From assembly GCA_973895155.1 (NCBI GenBank), contig OZ316897.1, forward strand, positions 15,065,375 through 15,129,374: a DNA stretch of 64,000 nt, read 5' to 3'. Numbering within the stretch: position 1 is the stretch's first letter; each line of letters begins with the position of its first letter. Shown one piece after another: positions 50,860-59,876 of this stretch. The position numbers and the translations under genes are program-made. Source of the stretch: Marsupella aquatica (Eukaryota; Plantae; Marchantiophyta). Below the pieces are notes generated by a model. That model did not search any database and was not told the DNA's origin. It saw only the letters and a list, made by a program, of their open reading frames with translations.

Positions 50860-52583
50860 GAAATGAATCCAGCTTCTGCACTCCAGAGCCAGATTCGATG
50901 GCCAGATCTCTCTCCTTCAACATCCTAGGGATCCCACTTCAGCTTCAAGTTGCATCAACTCATCCGCTTCTGGATTATGAACGTCAACGTCAGCGAAGTT
51001 GTAGGGATTGAGAAGAGGAGAAAGCGCACTTTTGAACTCGAATTTTTTGAAGCCTTGAGAATTTGCAGACTCCAATTTCAGGTCTCTCGACTCGAATTCA
51101 TATGTCTTGGGAACTTGTGATGTGGCAGCTTCAAACTCATAATCAAAATCACGTTGAGTATCAACCATCGATCTTCCAAGAGTAGGCATCAGTGACATGG
51201 CCGTTGTTGACCGTCTCGTCATTCCTGCAGCCACGTGCTTCACACTCAAACATCAAAGAATTCTTTCTCAAATCGTCTGCAGTAGCATGTCAAATCACGA
51301 AAGCAAATGTTCTGGCTTGAAATCAAATCAAACCTTTTGATTGTTTCGATGCTCAGCCGAAATTAACGGATCCTGGAAGGTTACGCTTCTTAGTCCGTAA
51401 TTGTTAAATCCACCAGCCATTACTTTTGATTCGCTAGGTTGTGCAAACTGTTGTTCACTTTGGCGCGTTGGGGTGAGAGAATGTCCCACGTCACCCTCAT
51501 TTTATCTGGAAAGCGGTGTAGCGAAATTGCTGGCAACCAAACGGTTTCACTCGTCTCCTATTGAGGCTGTCACCTAATCCCTAATTATATGACAGCAAAC
51601 CAAACACAAAGGTCCTGCACTGATTGAAGGCCTACTGCCAAGATTCATGGCAAGTAGTTGGTCAGGACGATCTGCTGGGAAGACAGCAAGTCTCAAACAA
51701 GTCTCCATGGCTGAAACTTGATTCCCAACCGAGTCGTGCGTAATGTGGTAAAGCACTGAAACTCTTACCGAGGGTTGACAAGCAAAAGAGGGTTATATGA
51801 TACCGTAGAAGATCCGAGGTGAAGCCTCACTAGGTTCGTTGAAATGTAGCCACTTTCCCGAGGACAGGCGGAAATATTTGAATGTATTGAATTCTGAATT
51901 TGCAGATGCTGAAGCCCTCGGCAACGTGCATGTCCCTGGTTTGTTCTACTCCCGTTCCGCCAGCAGTTAGACAGAGATGGACACCTGCGGTTGCACTTGC
52001 TTCAGGGCTCACCTTTATAGCAGGGATAATCTGGTTCTTGCATTAAGCTCTAGAAACAGGCGTGGTCTAATGACAAAGTCCACCTACAAGAAGACCGATG
52101 GAACATGGCAATTCCAACGTCTTCGGTAATTTGTGTGATCTGTATACAGTATATATGTGAAGGCTGTCAGATTCCATGCCCTGACTTATGTCAAGCACAG
52201 ATTGACTCGGAATTCTTTTTTCAGATCTCAATGAATGTAAAACTTCACTCGGCTTCTACAAATACTTAATGAGTGAAAGACATTATCACTACGGGTGTGA
52301 CTTGATTTAGAGAAGTCTAGGATCTCCGCCATTTCGGAGACAAGATTCCCCAAACCTTTCCAGTCGGTGACAGTTTTGCATTATTGATTCTGATGGTAAT
52401 TTCGTCTACAGCTGTACATTTGTGCAGCAGACCCACTTCACCTTGTGGCCAGACTACCATATTAAACCTGGAGCTGCTGGTCACTGTGGTTACCAGGTTC
52501 TGTAGATTTTGGACTAAAGAGAGTGAGCGCAGCTCACATCATTTTAGTCAAAAGTCTGAAAACCCTGACCTCGTGCTTCAAAC
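50860..52583 (-). pseudogene. Decayed coding-like sequence downstream of the 2430-aa ORF (probable former 3' extension)
   Basis: Broken minus-strand frames echo the ORF: SLVQNLQNLVTTVTSSSR versus ORF LNEMLQDLHTTVSRSR, and GDVGHSLTPTRQSEQQFAQ versus ORF PDVGHSPTVDKSRFAQ. A residual ORF at 50917-51249 has repeated (Y/F)EFE/KS motifs. Confidence 0.45.
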
Positions 52584-55500
52584 TCATTTTCCCGGATTTG
52601 ATACAGAATTCTGACGACTCCTTGACACTGTTGTGTGTAAATCCTGCAGCATCTCATTGAGTTGTGCAACTTGAGAACTTCTTTGGGACATTCTTTGTGA
52701 ACTCCGTGGTTCAAGCTGGAACGGCGAGTTCCGACCAAATTGAGATTGATTTTGAGATTCCTGCTGACTTGATCCACTCTCATTCTCAGATCCCTGATCT
52801 TCAGGCTGCTCATTCAAACTCTCGTCTGGATATGCCTCACCTTCCACATTAGGTTGATCGTTCCAACCCTCATCTGTCTGGTCATCCAAACCTTCATCAG
52901 GGTATGCTTCACCTTCCGGATTGAGCTGGTCATCCAAACCTTCACCAGGGTACGCTTCACCTTCTGGATTGAGCTGGTCGTCCAAACCTTCATCAGGATC
53001 TGCTTCACCTTCGGGACTGTGCTGGTCGTTTAAACTTTCATCAGCATATGCTTCACCTTCTGGCTGGTCATTCAAATCCGCATTGGGGTATGCCTCACCC
53101 TCTGGATCAGGTTCATCACTTAAATTCTCACCTAGAGTACTCTGTCCTTCTGATTCAGGCTCAAAACTGAAACCTTTATCCCAGAATGCCAGATCTTCTG
53201 GATCAAGCGGATGACCAGGGGAACTCTGGCCTTCTGATTTAGGGTCATAACTCGGACCCTCATCTAGGTACGCTCCACCTTCTGATTCAGGTTGATCACT
53301 TACATTTTCACCTGGAGTACTCTGACCTTCTGAATTACGCTGAAACCTTGAACCCTTATCCCGGAATCCCCGATCTAATGGATCAAGCCGATAACTTAAC
53401 TTCCCACCTGGAGTACCTCGACCTTCTGATTCAGGCTGAAAACTAAGGCTTTCATCTGGATATGCCCGACCAACACTGGGGGTACTCTGGCCCTCTGATT
53501 CGCGCTGATAACTCAAACCCTCATCAAGGTATGCCTGACCTTCCAGATCAGGCGGATAACTTAGCTTCTCACCTGGAGTACCTTGACCTTCAGATTCAAG
53601 CTGAAAACTCGAACTTTCACCTGGGTAAGTCTGACCTTCTGATGCAGGCTGATGGCTTGAACTCTCATCTGGAGTACCTTCTAATTCAGGATGATAATTC
53701 AAACCATCATCAGGGTATTGCGGGCCTTCTAGCTCAGGCTGATAACTTAAGTTCTCACCTGGAGTGCCTTGGCCATCTAATTTGGTATCATCAGGGTATT
53801 GCGGGCCTTCTAGCTCAGGCTGATAACTTAAGTTCTCACCTGGAGTGCCTTGGCCATCTAATTTGGTCTGAGAGCTCCAACCTTCATCTGGGTATGCCTG
53901 ACCTTCTGATGATGCAGGTTGGTCGGTTAAACTCTCATCCGGGGACCCCGGACCATCTGATTCAGGCTGATAATTCGAACTCTCAATTGAGGATGCCTGA
54001 TTTTTTAGATCAAGCTGGAGATTCCCATTGACGTCTGGGTATGCCTCATTTTGAATTGCATTTTGGAAATTTGCATTCTCTGTCAGATGTAGCTGATTTC
54101 TTGGTAGTGGATCACTCGTGCTCGGAAGTTTTGAAATCGAATTTCGGCCATTCCTCTGGATAATTTGCTCTCTTAGGGCGGTCAGAAAATTGATTGCAGA
54201 CTTCTCCCGGAATCGAGGTTCTCCACCTCCAGGCACCCCTACTACTCGGGAACCACTCCTATCCCTGAACTCAGGAAGGACATTCTCTGAAAGGGCAGAC
54301 AGGAAGGTCAGTGCAGATTGCTCCCGGAACCTCAGTTCTCTGGGACCTTCCGACTGGCCCTCCATGAGGCTTTGGTTATTGGTATAGTCGGTGTATTCTT
54401 TAACTATCTGTTTTGACAATGCATCCAGGAAAGCCATTGAATCCTCCTGTAACGAGGGATTCAATTGATCGTTTGCGTCAGCTTTAGTCCTCTTGGAATC
54501 ACCGAATTCTTGAAGGATTTGCATTTTCAAACTACCGAGAAAGTTTGCAGCAGAATCCTCACGAAATCGAGGTTCCCGAGGTACCATACTTTCAGATTCA
54601 TTCCATGGTGTCTGAATTTCAGAATCAGTCATCGGTGTCTGAGCTTCAGAGTCCTTCATTGGTGTCTGAATTACAGACAATGGCACCACTCCATCGAGCC
54701 AGACACTGTATGACCTGCTATCATCGGAGAATTCTCGGACATTGAGCATGGAGTTTAGCATTTGAGCACTCTGGCGGGTCCTGAACGACAATTCGTCAGC
54801 CTCCCGCTTCTTCCTTGCTTCATAGCTACTGATTGACTCCACCGTTTGTCCCACCACATCATCTGGCATTTGAGAGTAAGAACTCTGGGCATCCATGAAT
54901 TGCGCGACGCTGGCCATGGAGGCCATCTTCTGAATGCTTTGTCGATCCCTTAGTCCCTCAACTCCTGGCGGTCTTGGAGTCTGAGAAGTCTCAGAACTCC
55001 AGTTTTGTTTGGCTTCAGGCTCATCGGGCAAGTCTGTTTGAGTCTCAGCATCACGGTAGGTCCTTTGTACTTTCACAGTATCCAATTTCCCGGACACTTC
55101 ATGGGAGATTGGAGTCGGATTCCGTTGAGACTTCCCCCTTCCCAAACCATTTGGTATGTGGTCAAAAAATTCTCCAGGCTCCTCAACTATGACATTGAGG
55201 TCACTCTGCTGTGAGCTTCCATACGGTTGCGGCATTCCATGCTCACTCTGCTGTGAGCTCTCATATCCCTGCGGCACCCGATCTAGGGCTGCACTGAAAG
55301 CAAGGTTCTTCCATGATGATGATGTCTCTCTAGACCCCTCACCCATGCTACTACTGGATCCAGGACACTCAGAACGTTGGTCAGCCCATGATACCCGAAC
55401 ATTAATCTCATGTGGCCGACCGTCCAGGTGTCGAGGAGAGCTAGACTCAGAAGAATGGATGACTTCATCAAGCTTATCTTTTAACTGTCTGAATGGACAA

Positions 55501-58500
55501 TCCTCATGGCGGCGTGGTTCCATGGCATGTGATCTCCCCTTCTGACATTCGGCGAGATTATCTGAAGACATAGAGTCAATTAAAGGATTAGATTGAGCAG
55601 AAGTCAGATTGATGGGTTTTCCACTCGGAGTAAAGTGAGGCACATGACCAATTAGTTGACCTGTGAAACTATGGCCGCTACTGGTATTCGATCCACTGCC
55701 TGTAATAGATCCCAATTTTCCAGAAGTTCTGAATGGATCAAATTCAGAACTTCCTGATTCTGACGGCGCGTTGTTCACAACTTCATCTAAAGACAGCTGG
55801 GGGCTTGGGCGTTTGTTGCCCATTATTTCCAGCAATCGAAAATCTTCAGCATCTCGTGGAAAGTTGTTTAGGATCTTAGGCCTAGAAAAATGAGTACTTG
55901 ATTTCAGTGATTGTGGTGGAACCATAGACTGCCGAGACTCAAGGGCGCTGCCTGCATTGATGGCATAGGTATTAGCTTTGAGCATTTGAGCTTCGAAATA
56001 AGCCCGAATCTCAGGACTAAGGGTAGTGTTCGAGTCACTATAGGTAATAGACCCAGACGTTCTGAAAGGATCAAATCCAGACCTTCCTGATCCTGATGGC
56101 ATTTTGTCAAAAACTTCATCTAAAGAGAGATGTTGACTTGAAGATCGGGTGCGCATCAATTCTAGCATAAGATTTTTCTCAGCATCTCTTTGAAAGTTGC
56201 CTATGACCTTGGCCATTGCGCTCTCACTATTTGATTGTGGTGAGGCTACAGATTGCCGAGACTCAAGGTTGCTAGCAACCATGGCAGGGGTGTCTCTCCT
56301 TTTGAGCAATCCAGATTGGGAATAAACACGGATCTCAGGGCTAGCGGATTGTGATGAGATTTCATCCACTCTCTCTAGGTGAGCGAAGGAATCCCCAGAA
56401 CCCATCTGCTCCAGACAGGCATTGTCTCGAGAACTGGTGGTTGTGGCATGCGAAGAGCTTTCTGTCAAGGTTGAGACCCCAGTTTTGGTTTTCTTTTTGG
56501 TGTTGGAGCTAGATGGCTGGCAATGAGGAGCCCTGTGTCCATCTCCCTTAATATGAAATTCTCGTTTGTGTACTGGGGGGTAACTACGACGATATGTGGA
56601 CAGTTCAGCAGTTTGGACCCTAGGTTGACAGTCCTGGCGACCGTTAAATCCTCCCCGAGGAGTCTGAGTATTGTTGGAATCAGACATTGCCAATTCTCGA
56701 GCACTAGAGTCGCCTCTGAGACTCTCAGAAGTCATGTTGCTCGCATCTTTCTGGAAACTATTCGTAACATTCACTTGCTGCTCAGATTCTACCATTCTTT
56801 CAAAAACTCGCCCGTTTGGCAATTGCTCTCTAGAGGTGGCGTTGTTGCAACTGAAGTATTTGGTCTTGGATAGTTGACCGGCGTTTTGGCGGCTGGAGGG
56901 TTTGGCATCAGTTGAGTGGCCAGCACTAAAGCGGCTCAAAGAGGCGGGGTCCCAAGTACAGGCATCATTCCCTTGTGCAAATCGAGATTTGTCAACAGTA
57001 GGTGAATGTCCGACATCTGGGTTCCAGACCTTGGCGTCTGAATAGTAAGGCTGGAAAACAGGGGAATCATTTGCCGGCGTTTCTGTTTCGGACAGGGCCA
57101 GCAGTTCCTGTTGTTTTTTAAATCGAGCTTCCGCAAAGCCTTCAAGAATTTCTTGTTCTGTTGGTGGCTTCTGAATTCCTAAAAGTTTGAATTCTTTGTA
57201 GATCTCATCCTTACGATGCAGGGAACGCATATGACGTCTGATTTCCTCTCTAGTTTCAACGTCGTCGGGGACATTAACTACAACTCTTGTTTGATTCCCC
57301 TGGCGACAATGAAAGACACCAGGAGCAATCTCGTTTCTTAAATCTAAAGTAACATGTTCGGAACGTTGCACAAAAGGGTGGGCAGCAGATAGAGGACAAT
57401 TTGATGAGGGATTTATGGACCCAAACGAGCTTGCACAGTCTTGGGAACTAGAGGTTCCTTCACTTCCAAGTTTGTCCAGACTCAGCATGGATGAACTTGT
57501 CATCATTTGGTTCACTGGTTCTACAGATTGTGAAAGTCGTGGAGGAAGAGATTTGGATTTCAGTTGAAGGATCTTCATGTAATTTTCCAAGCTTTGAAGT
57601 GGTGGTGGAGGTGGAGATGAAGATGTTGGCTCTCGTATGATATCTCTGTTCTCCTGACTTACAGGACTCGAGTAGAATTTCTCCCTTTTTAATTCAAAAT
57701 TGTCCCAATCTTCTCCTTGTCTTTTCTCAGCAATGTCTTCTATTACTCGTTTCACTGAAACGTCTTCAACGTGTCCTTCCTTAGGAATGTCTTCGACTTG
57801 CCGTTCCTTCACAGGATACCTTTCATCACCGGATTTTTCATGTGGAAAGTCAGGCCAAATTTCAGGTGGCAGTCTGCTTGGTCGAGGCAAAGAATTGTGT
57901 CTGTGAAATTCATCATCTCGAGACTCGGGAGAACTAGCATCCAGCAGTTTGTTCTCATTAATCGGTGGACGACTGAGGTCAGCTTGAAGGTTTTGGGCGG
58001 TTCGGCACATCACTGGCTTTGGACGTTGGGAATGTGGTGATTTCTGGGTCCTGAACAACGGAAACTGACAGTAGGGGCTGCAACCCTTATTTGGTCTGAT
58101 TTCTTGAATTGAATTTGTGGGCTGTACAGTTCCAGGGGAGATTTTAGTCTCATGAGATCTGTGGTCAGAGTCTTGGGACATTTCCTTTTGCAGAAGATCT
58201 TGAAAGAGCTGCCTACTCCTGTACCGGACAGAGTGTATGTCCTTTGTTGATCCTTGCAATCTTTGACTTCTCAAGGCGTCGAGTTCCCATACTCCAAACT
58301 GCCCACGATCATCCTCCAGAGTTTGAAACCCGGGAGAAGGAGCCACATTGGCGGCATGGGAAGAAGGAGAAGATGGCCCTTTGGTACCATTGGAAGAAAG
58401 TGAAGAAGGCCATCTGGCACCATTGCAAGAAGGTGAAGACGGCCACCTAATGTCAGGGGAGCTTTCTTGCGTTGATATTTGGCTTTCTTGCGTTGAGAAT

Positions 58501-59876
58501 TGGGCTTCCTCTTGACCTTCCCTCGGTCCAGCACCAATTGCATTGTTTCCCCCTTGACTTTCAGTAGTGGGGTGAATGTTAGAGGGCCCACCCTTCACCC
58601 CAGCATTCAGGGATTCTTGCAGGAAACCCAGAGCCTCCAACCGGATGCCCATAGATTCCACCTGATGAGAAATATCATCTCGAAGATCACTTTGAAACTG
58701 ATTGGAAAAGTCTTGGAATGCTTCATAGGCACACCGCGATGCATTATCCATTTCTACACGAAGGTCTTCCTCTGACGCAAGTTTGGGAAATTTCGCTGAA
58801 CGTGCTTGACATTGCCCATCCCCAGTGGACCTGGCCTTCGCTTTATCAGGGCCCGTTAGAGCGTCTACTCTTTCACTAGTCAATTTTTGTGGACTAACAT
58901 TCATTTTATCAGAGGATATTAGGCAGCAGTCTTCGTACCCTTTATCACTTTTACAAGTTTCAGTGGCATCGTTATTCTGACTAATAATCTTCTCAGACAA
59001 TAAGGGGCAGTCTTTAAACTCATCATATCTTTCAGCAATATCACTAGTTCCAAAGGATTTATTACTCTGACCTACGCGGGTATCTAACATGTAACCATGC
59101 AAGTGATTAACAAGAGATCTACGACCATCAGCAAGGGTGGATTGCAGGATTTCCAGCTCGCTCTGGTAGAGATCAGCCGGAATGGGACCACTTTCCAGCC
59201 TTCGGCATATTTTATTCAGGCTTTGGGTTAAGGTATCTAGACGACCCTTCATCAAGGAAAGAGCAGGAACGGGGGCGGAATAAAGGCCTCCACCGTCATC
59301 ATCACCACCAGCATCACTAAGAGTGTCAATGTCAAGAGGAGCACCTTCAAAATTGAAGTCGATTGAATCCGTTGTGGCCACGGCTGCTTCCAGGCCCTTG
59401 ATGAAGGTACAACCAAACTCAGACATGTCGCTCAGGGTCTTCTCTTTCGTGCTTTTTGTTATGGGATCTAACTCCCAGGCCCATGTGACAACGGTGGTCC
59501 CGTCCTTCCCATCAGATGCCTGAAAGGTTATTTGACAATTCTCCAGATTCATGTTGCTGCCTTCCACTGCGTATGTGTAGGAATGAGTTTCCTCCTCAAT
59601 GTTGAGGAGTCTGTCTTTGGCCCACGCTTTCCTCTTTCCCCCGGGAAGCCCTGTAGCAGAATTCATTGTGTAGAACCGGAGGCAGCCTGGAGTGCGGTTG
59701 CACCCCTTCAGTCTCTCACAAACCTCAACGATTGGAACAAACTTGTGCAAGCCGCTGAAGTCTGACCCAATTTGCCAAGTTTTCTCCAACGGCACGGCTA
59801 TGGAAGCTGTAATGTAACCCTTCCATTTTCCTGAATTTTTCTCCTCTGTATTGCCCTTGACTTCCAACACCCTCAT
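52584..59876 (-). CDS. Giant intronless protein: N-terminal START/SRPBCC (polyketide cyclase 2, lachrymatory-factor-synthase-like) domain, long low-complexity region, unrecognised 'RFRE(D/K)SA..FL' module and acidic repeats
   Basis: 7.3 kb stop-free frame from ATG. Residues ~17-165 (KWKGYITASI...TW...SDFSGLHKF.P.VEVCE...G....PGCLR...WAKDRLL.I....HSYTY.V..SNM......VTW.WELDP) match the plant LFS-like START subfamily. The remainder is S/E/Q/P-rich with in-frame internal repeats. Confidence 0.88.
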   Translation of the reverse strand: MRVLEVKGNTEEKNSGKWKGYITASIAVPLEKTWQIGSDFSGLHKFVPIVEVCERLKGCNRTPGCLRFYTMNSATGLPGGKRKAWAKDRLLNIEEETHSYTYAVEGSNMNLENCQITFQASDGKDGTTVVTWAWELDPITKSTKEKTLSDMSEFGCTFIKGLEAAVATTDSIDFNFEGAPLDIDTLSDAGGDDDGGGLYSAPVPALSLMKGRLDTLTQSLNKICRRLESGPIPADLYQSELEILQSTLADGRRSLVNHLHGYMLDTRVGQSNKSFGTSDIAERYDEFKDCPLLSEKIISQNNDATETCKSDKGYEDCCLISSDKMNVSPQKLTSERVDALTGPDKAKARSTGDGQCQARSAKFPKLASEEDLRVEMDNASRCAYEAFQDFSNQFQSDLRDDISHQVESMGIRLEALGFLQESLNAGVKGGPSNIHPTTESQGGNNAIGAGPREGQEEAQFSTQESQISTQESSPDIRWPSSPSCNGARWPSSLSSNGTKGPSSPSSHAANVAPSPGFQTLEDDRGQFGVWELDALRSQRLQGSTKDIHSVRYRSRQLFQDLLQKEMSQDSDHRSHETKISPGTVQPTNSIQEIRPNKGCSPYCQFPLFRTQKSPHSQRPKPVMCRTAQNLQADLSRPPINENKLLDASSPESRDDEFHRHNSLPRPSRLPPEIWPDFPHEKSGDERYPVKERQVEDIPKEGHVEDVSVKRVIEDIAEKRQGEDWDNFELKREKFYSSPVSQENRDIIREPTSSSPPPPPLQSLENYMKILQLKSKSLPPRLSQSVEPVNQMMTSSSMLSLDKLGSEGTSSSQDCASSFGSINPSSNCPLSAAHPFVQRSEHVTLDLRNEIAPGVFHCRQGNQTRVVVNVPDDVETREEIRRHMRSLHRKDEIYKEFKLLGIQKPPTEQEILEGFAEARFKKQQELLALSETETPANDSPVFQPYYSDAKVWNPDVGHSPTVDKSRFAQGNDACTWDPASLSRFSAGHSTDAKPSSRQNAGQLSKTKYFSCNNATSREQLPNGRVFERMVESEQQVNVTNSFQKDASNMTSESLRGDSSARELAMSDSNNTQTPRGGFNGRQDCQPRVQTAELSTYRRSYPPVHKREFHIKGDGHRAPHCQPSSSNTKKKTKTGVSTLTESSSHATTTSSRDNACLEQMGSGDSFAHLERVDEISSQSASPEIRVYSQSGLLKRRDTPAMVASNLESRQSVASPQSNSESAMAKVIGNFQRDAEKNLMLELMRTRSSSQHLSLDEVFDKMPSGSGRSGFDPFRTSGSITYSDSNTTLSPEIRAYFEAQMLKANTYAINAGSALESRQSMVPPQSLKSSTHFSRPKILNNFPRDAEDFRLLEIMGNKRPSPQLSLDEVVNNAPSESGSSEFDPFRTSGKLGSITGSGSNTSSGHSFTGQLIGHVPHFTPSGKPINLTSAQSNPLIDSMSSDNLAECQKGRSHAMEPRRHEDCPFRQLKDKLDEVIHSSESSSPRHLDGRPHEINVRVSWADQRSECPGSSSSMGEGSRETSSSWKNLAFSAALDRVPQGYESSQQSEHGMPQPYGSSQQSDLNVIVEEPGEFFDHIPNGLGRGKSQRNPTPISHEVSGKLDTVKVQRTYRDAETQTDLPDEPEAKQNWSSETSQTPRPPGVEGLRDRQSIQKMASMASVAQFMDAQSSYSQMPDDVVGQTVESISSYEARKKREADELSFRTRQSAQMLNSMLNVREFSDDSRSYSVWLDGVVPLSVIQTPMKDSEAQTPMTDSEIQTPWNESESMVPREPRFREDSAANFLGSLKMQILQEFGDSKRTKADANDQLNPSLQEDSMAFLDALSKQIVKEYTDYTNNQSLMEGQSEGPRELRFREQSALTFLSALSENVLPEFRDRSGSRVVGVPGGGEPRFREKSAINFLTALREQIIQRNGRNSISKLPSTSDPLPRNQLHLTENANFQNAIQNEAYPDVNGNLQLDLKNQASSIESSNYQPESDGPGSPDESLTDQPASSEGQAYPDEGWSSQTKLDGQGTPGENLSYQPELEGPQYPDDTKLDGQGTPGENLSYQPELEGPQYPDDGLNYHPELEGTPDESSSHQPASEGQTYPGESSSFQLESEGQGTPGEKLSYPPDLEGQAYLDEGLSYQRESEGQSTPSVGRAYPDESLSFQPESEGRGTPGGKLSYRLDPLDRGFRDKGSRFQRNSEGQSTPGENVSDQPESEGGAYLDEGPSYDPKSEGQSSPGHPLDPEDLAFWDKGFSFEPESEGQSTLGENLSDEPDPEGEAYPNADLNDQPEGEAYADESLNDQHSPEGEADPDEGLDDQLNPEGEAYPGEGLDDQLNPEGEAYPDEGLDDQTDEGWNDQPNVEGEAYPDESLNEQPEDQGSENESGSSQQESQNQSQFGRNSPFQLEPRSSQRMSQRSSQVAQLNEMLQDLHTTVSRSRQNSVSNPGK
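52800..54000 (-). repeat. Coding acidic tandem repeats (~15-16 aa, EG.AYPDE(G/S)L..QP(E/N)), including a perfect 81 bp duplication
   Basis: More than 20 degenerate units. 53706-53786 is identical to 53787-53867 (TKLDGQGTPGENLSYQPELEGPQYPDD x2). Confidence 0.9.
55700..56345 (-). repeat. Coding ~105-aa internal tandem duplication
   Basis: SPEIR.Y....LK...LESRQS...PQS...K...NF.RDAE...LE.M.....LSLDEV....PS.SG.S.FDPFRTSG occurs twice. Confidence 0.9.

Noticed and set aside
54160-54580. Sin3 PAH domain call for the SAINFL..L repeats
   Set aside because: There is only a resemblance to PAH helix 1. The following Y..FL..L helices are absent and the linkers are polar and variable.
59380-59876. PYR/PYL ABA receptor call for the START domain (TGLPG resembles the gate SGLPA)
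   Set aside because: The HRL latch is absent (reads NMNL), and the WKG, PGC.R and WAK.RL pattern fits the LFS-like subfamily instead.
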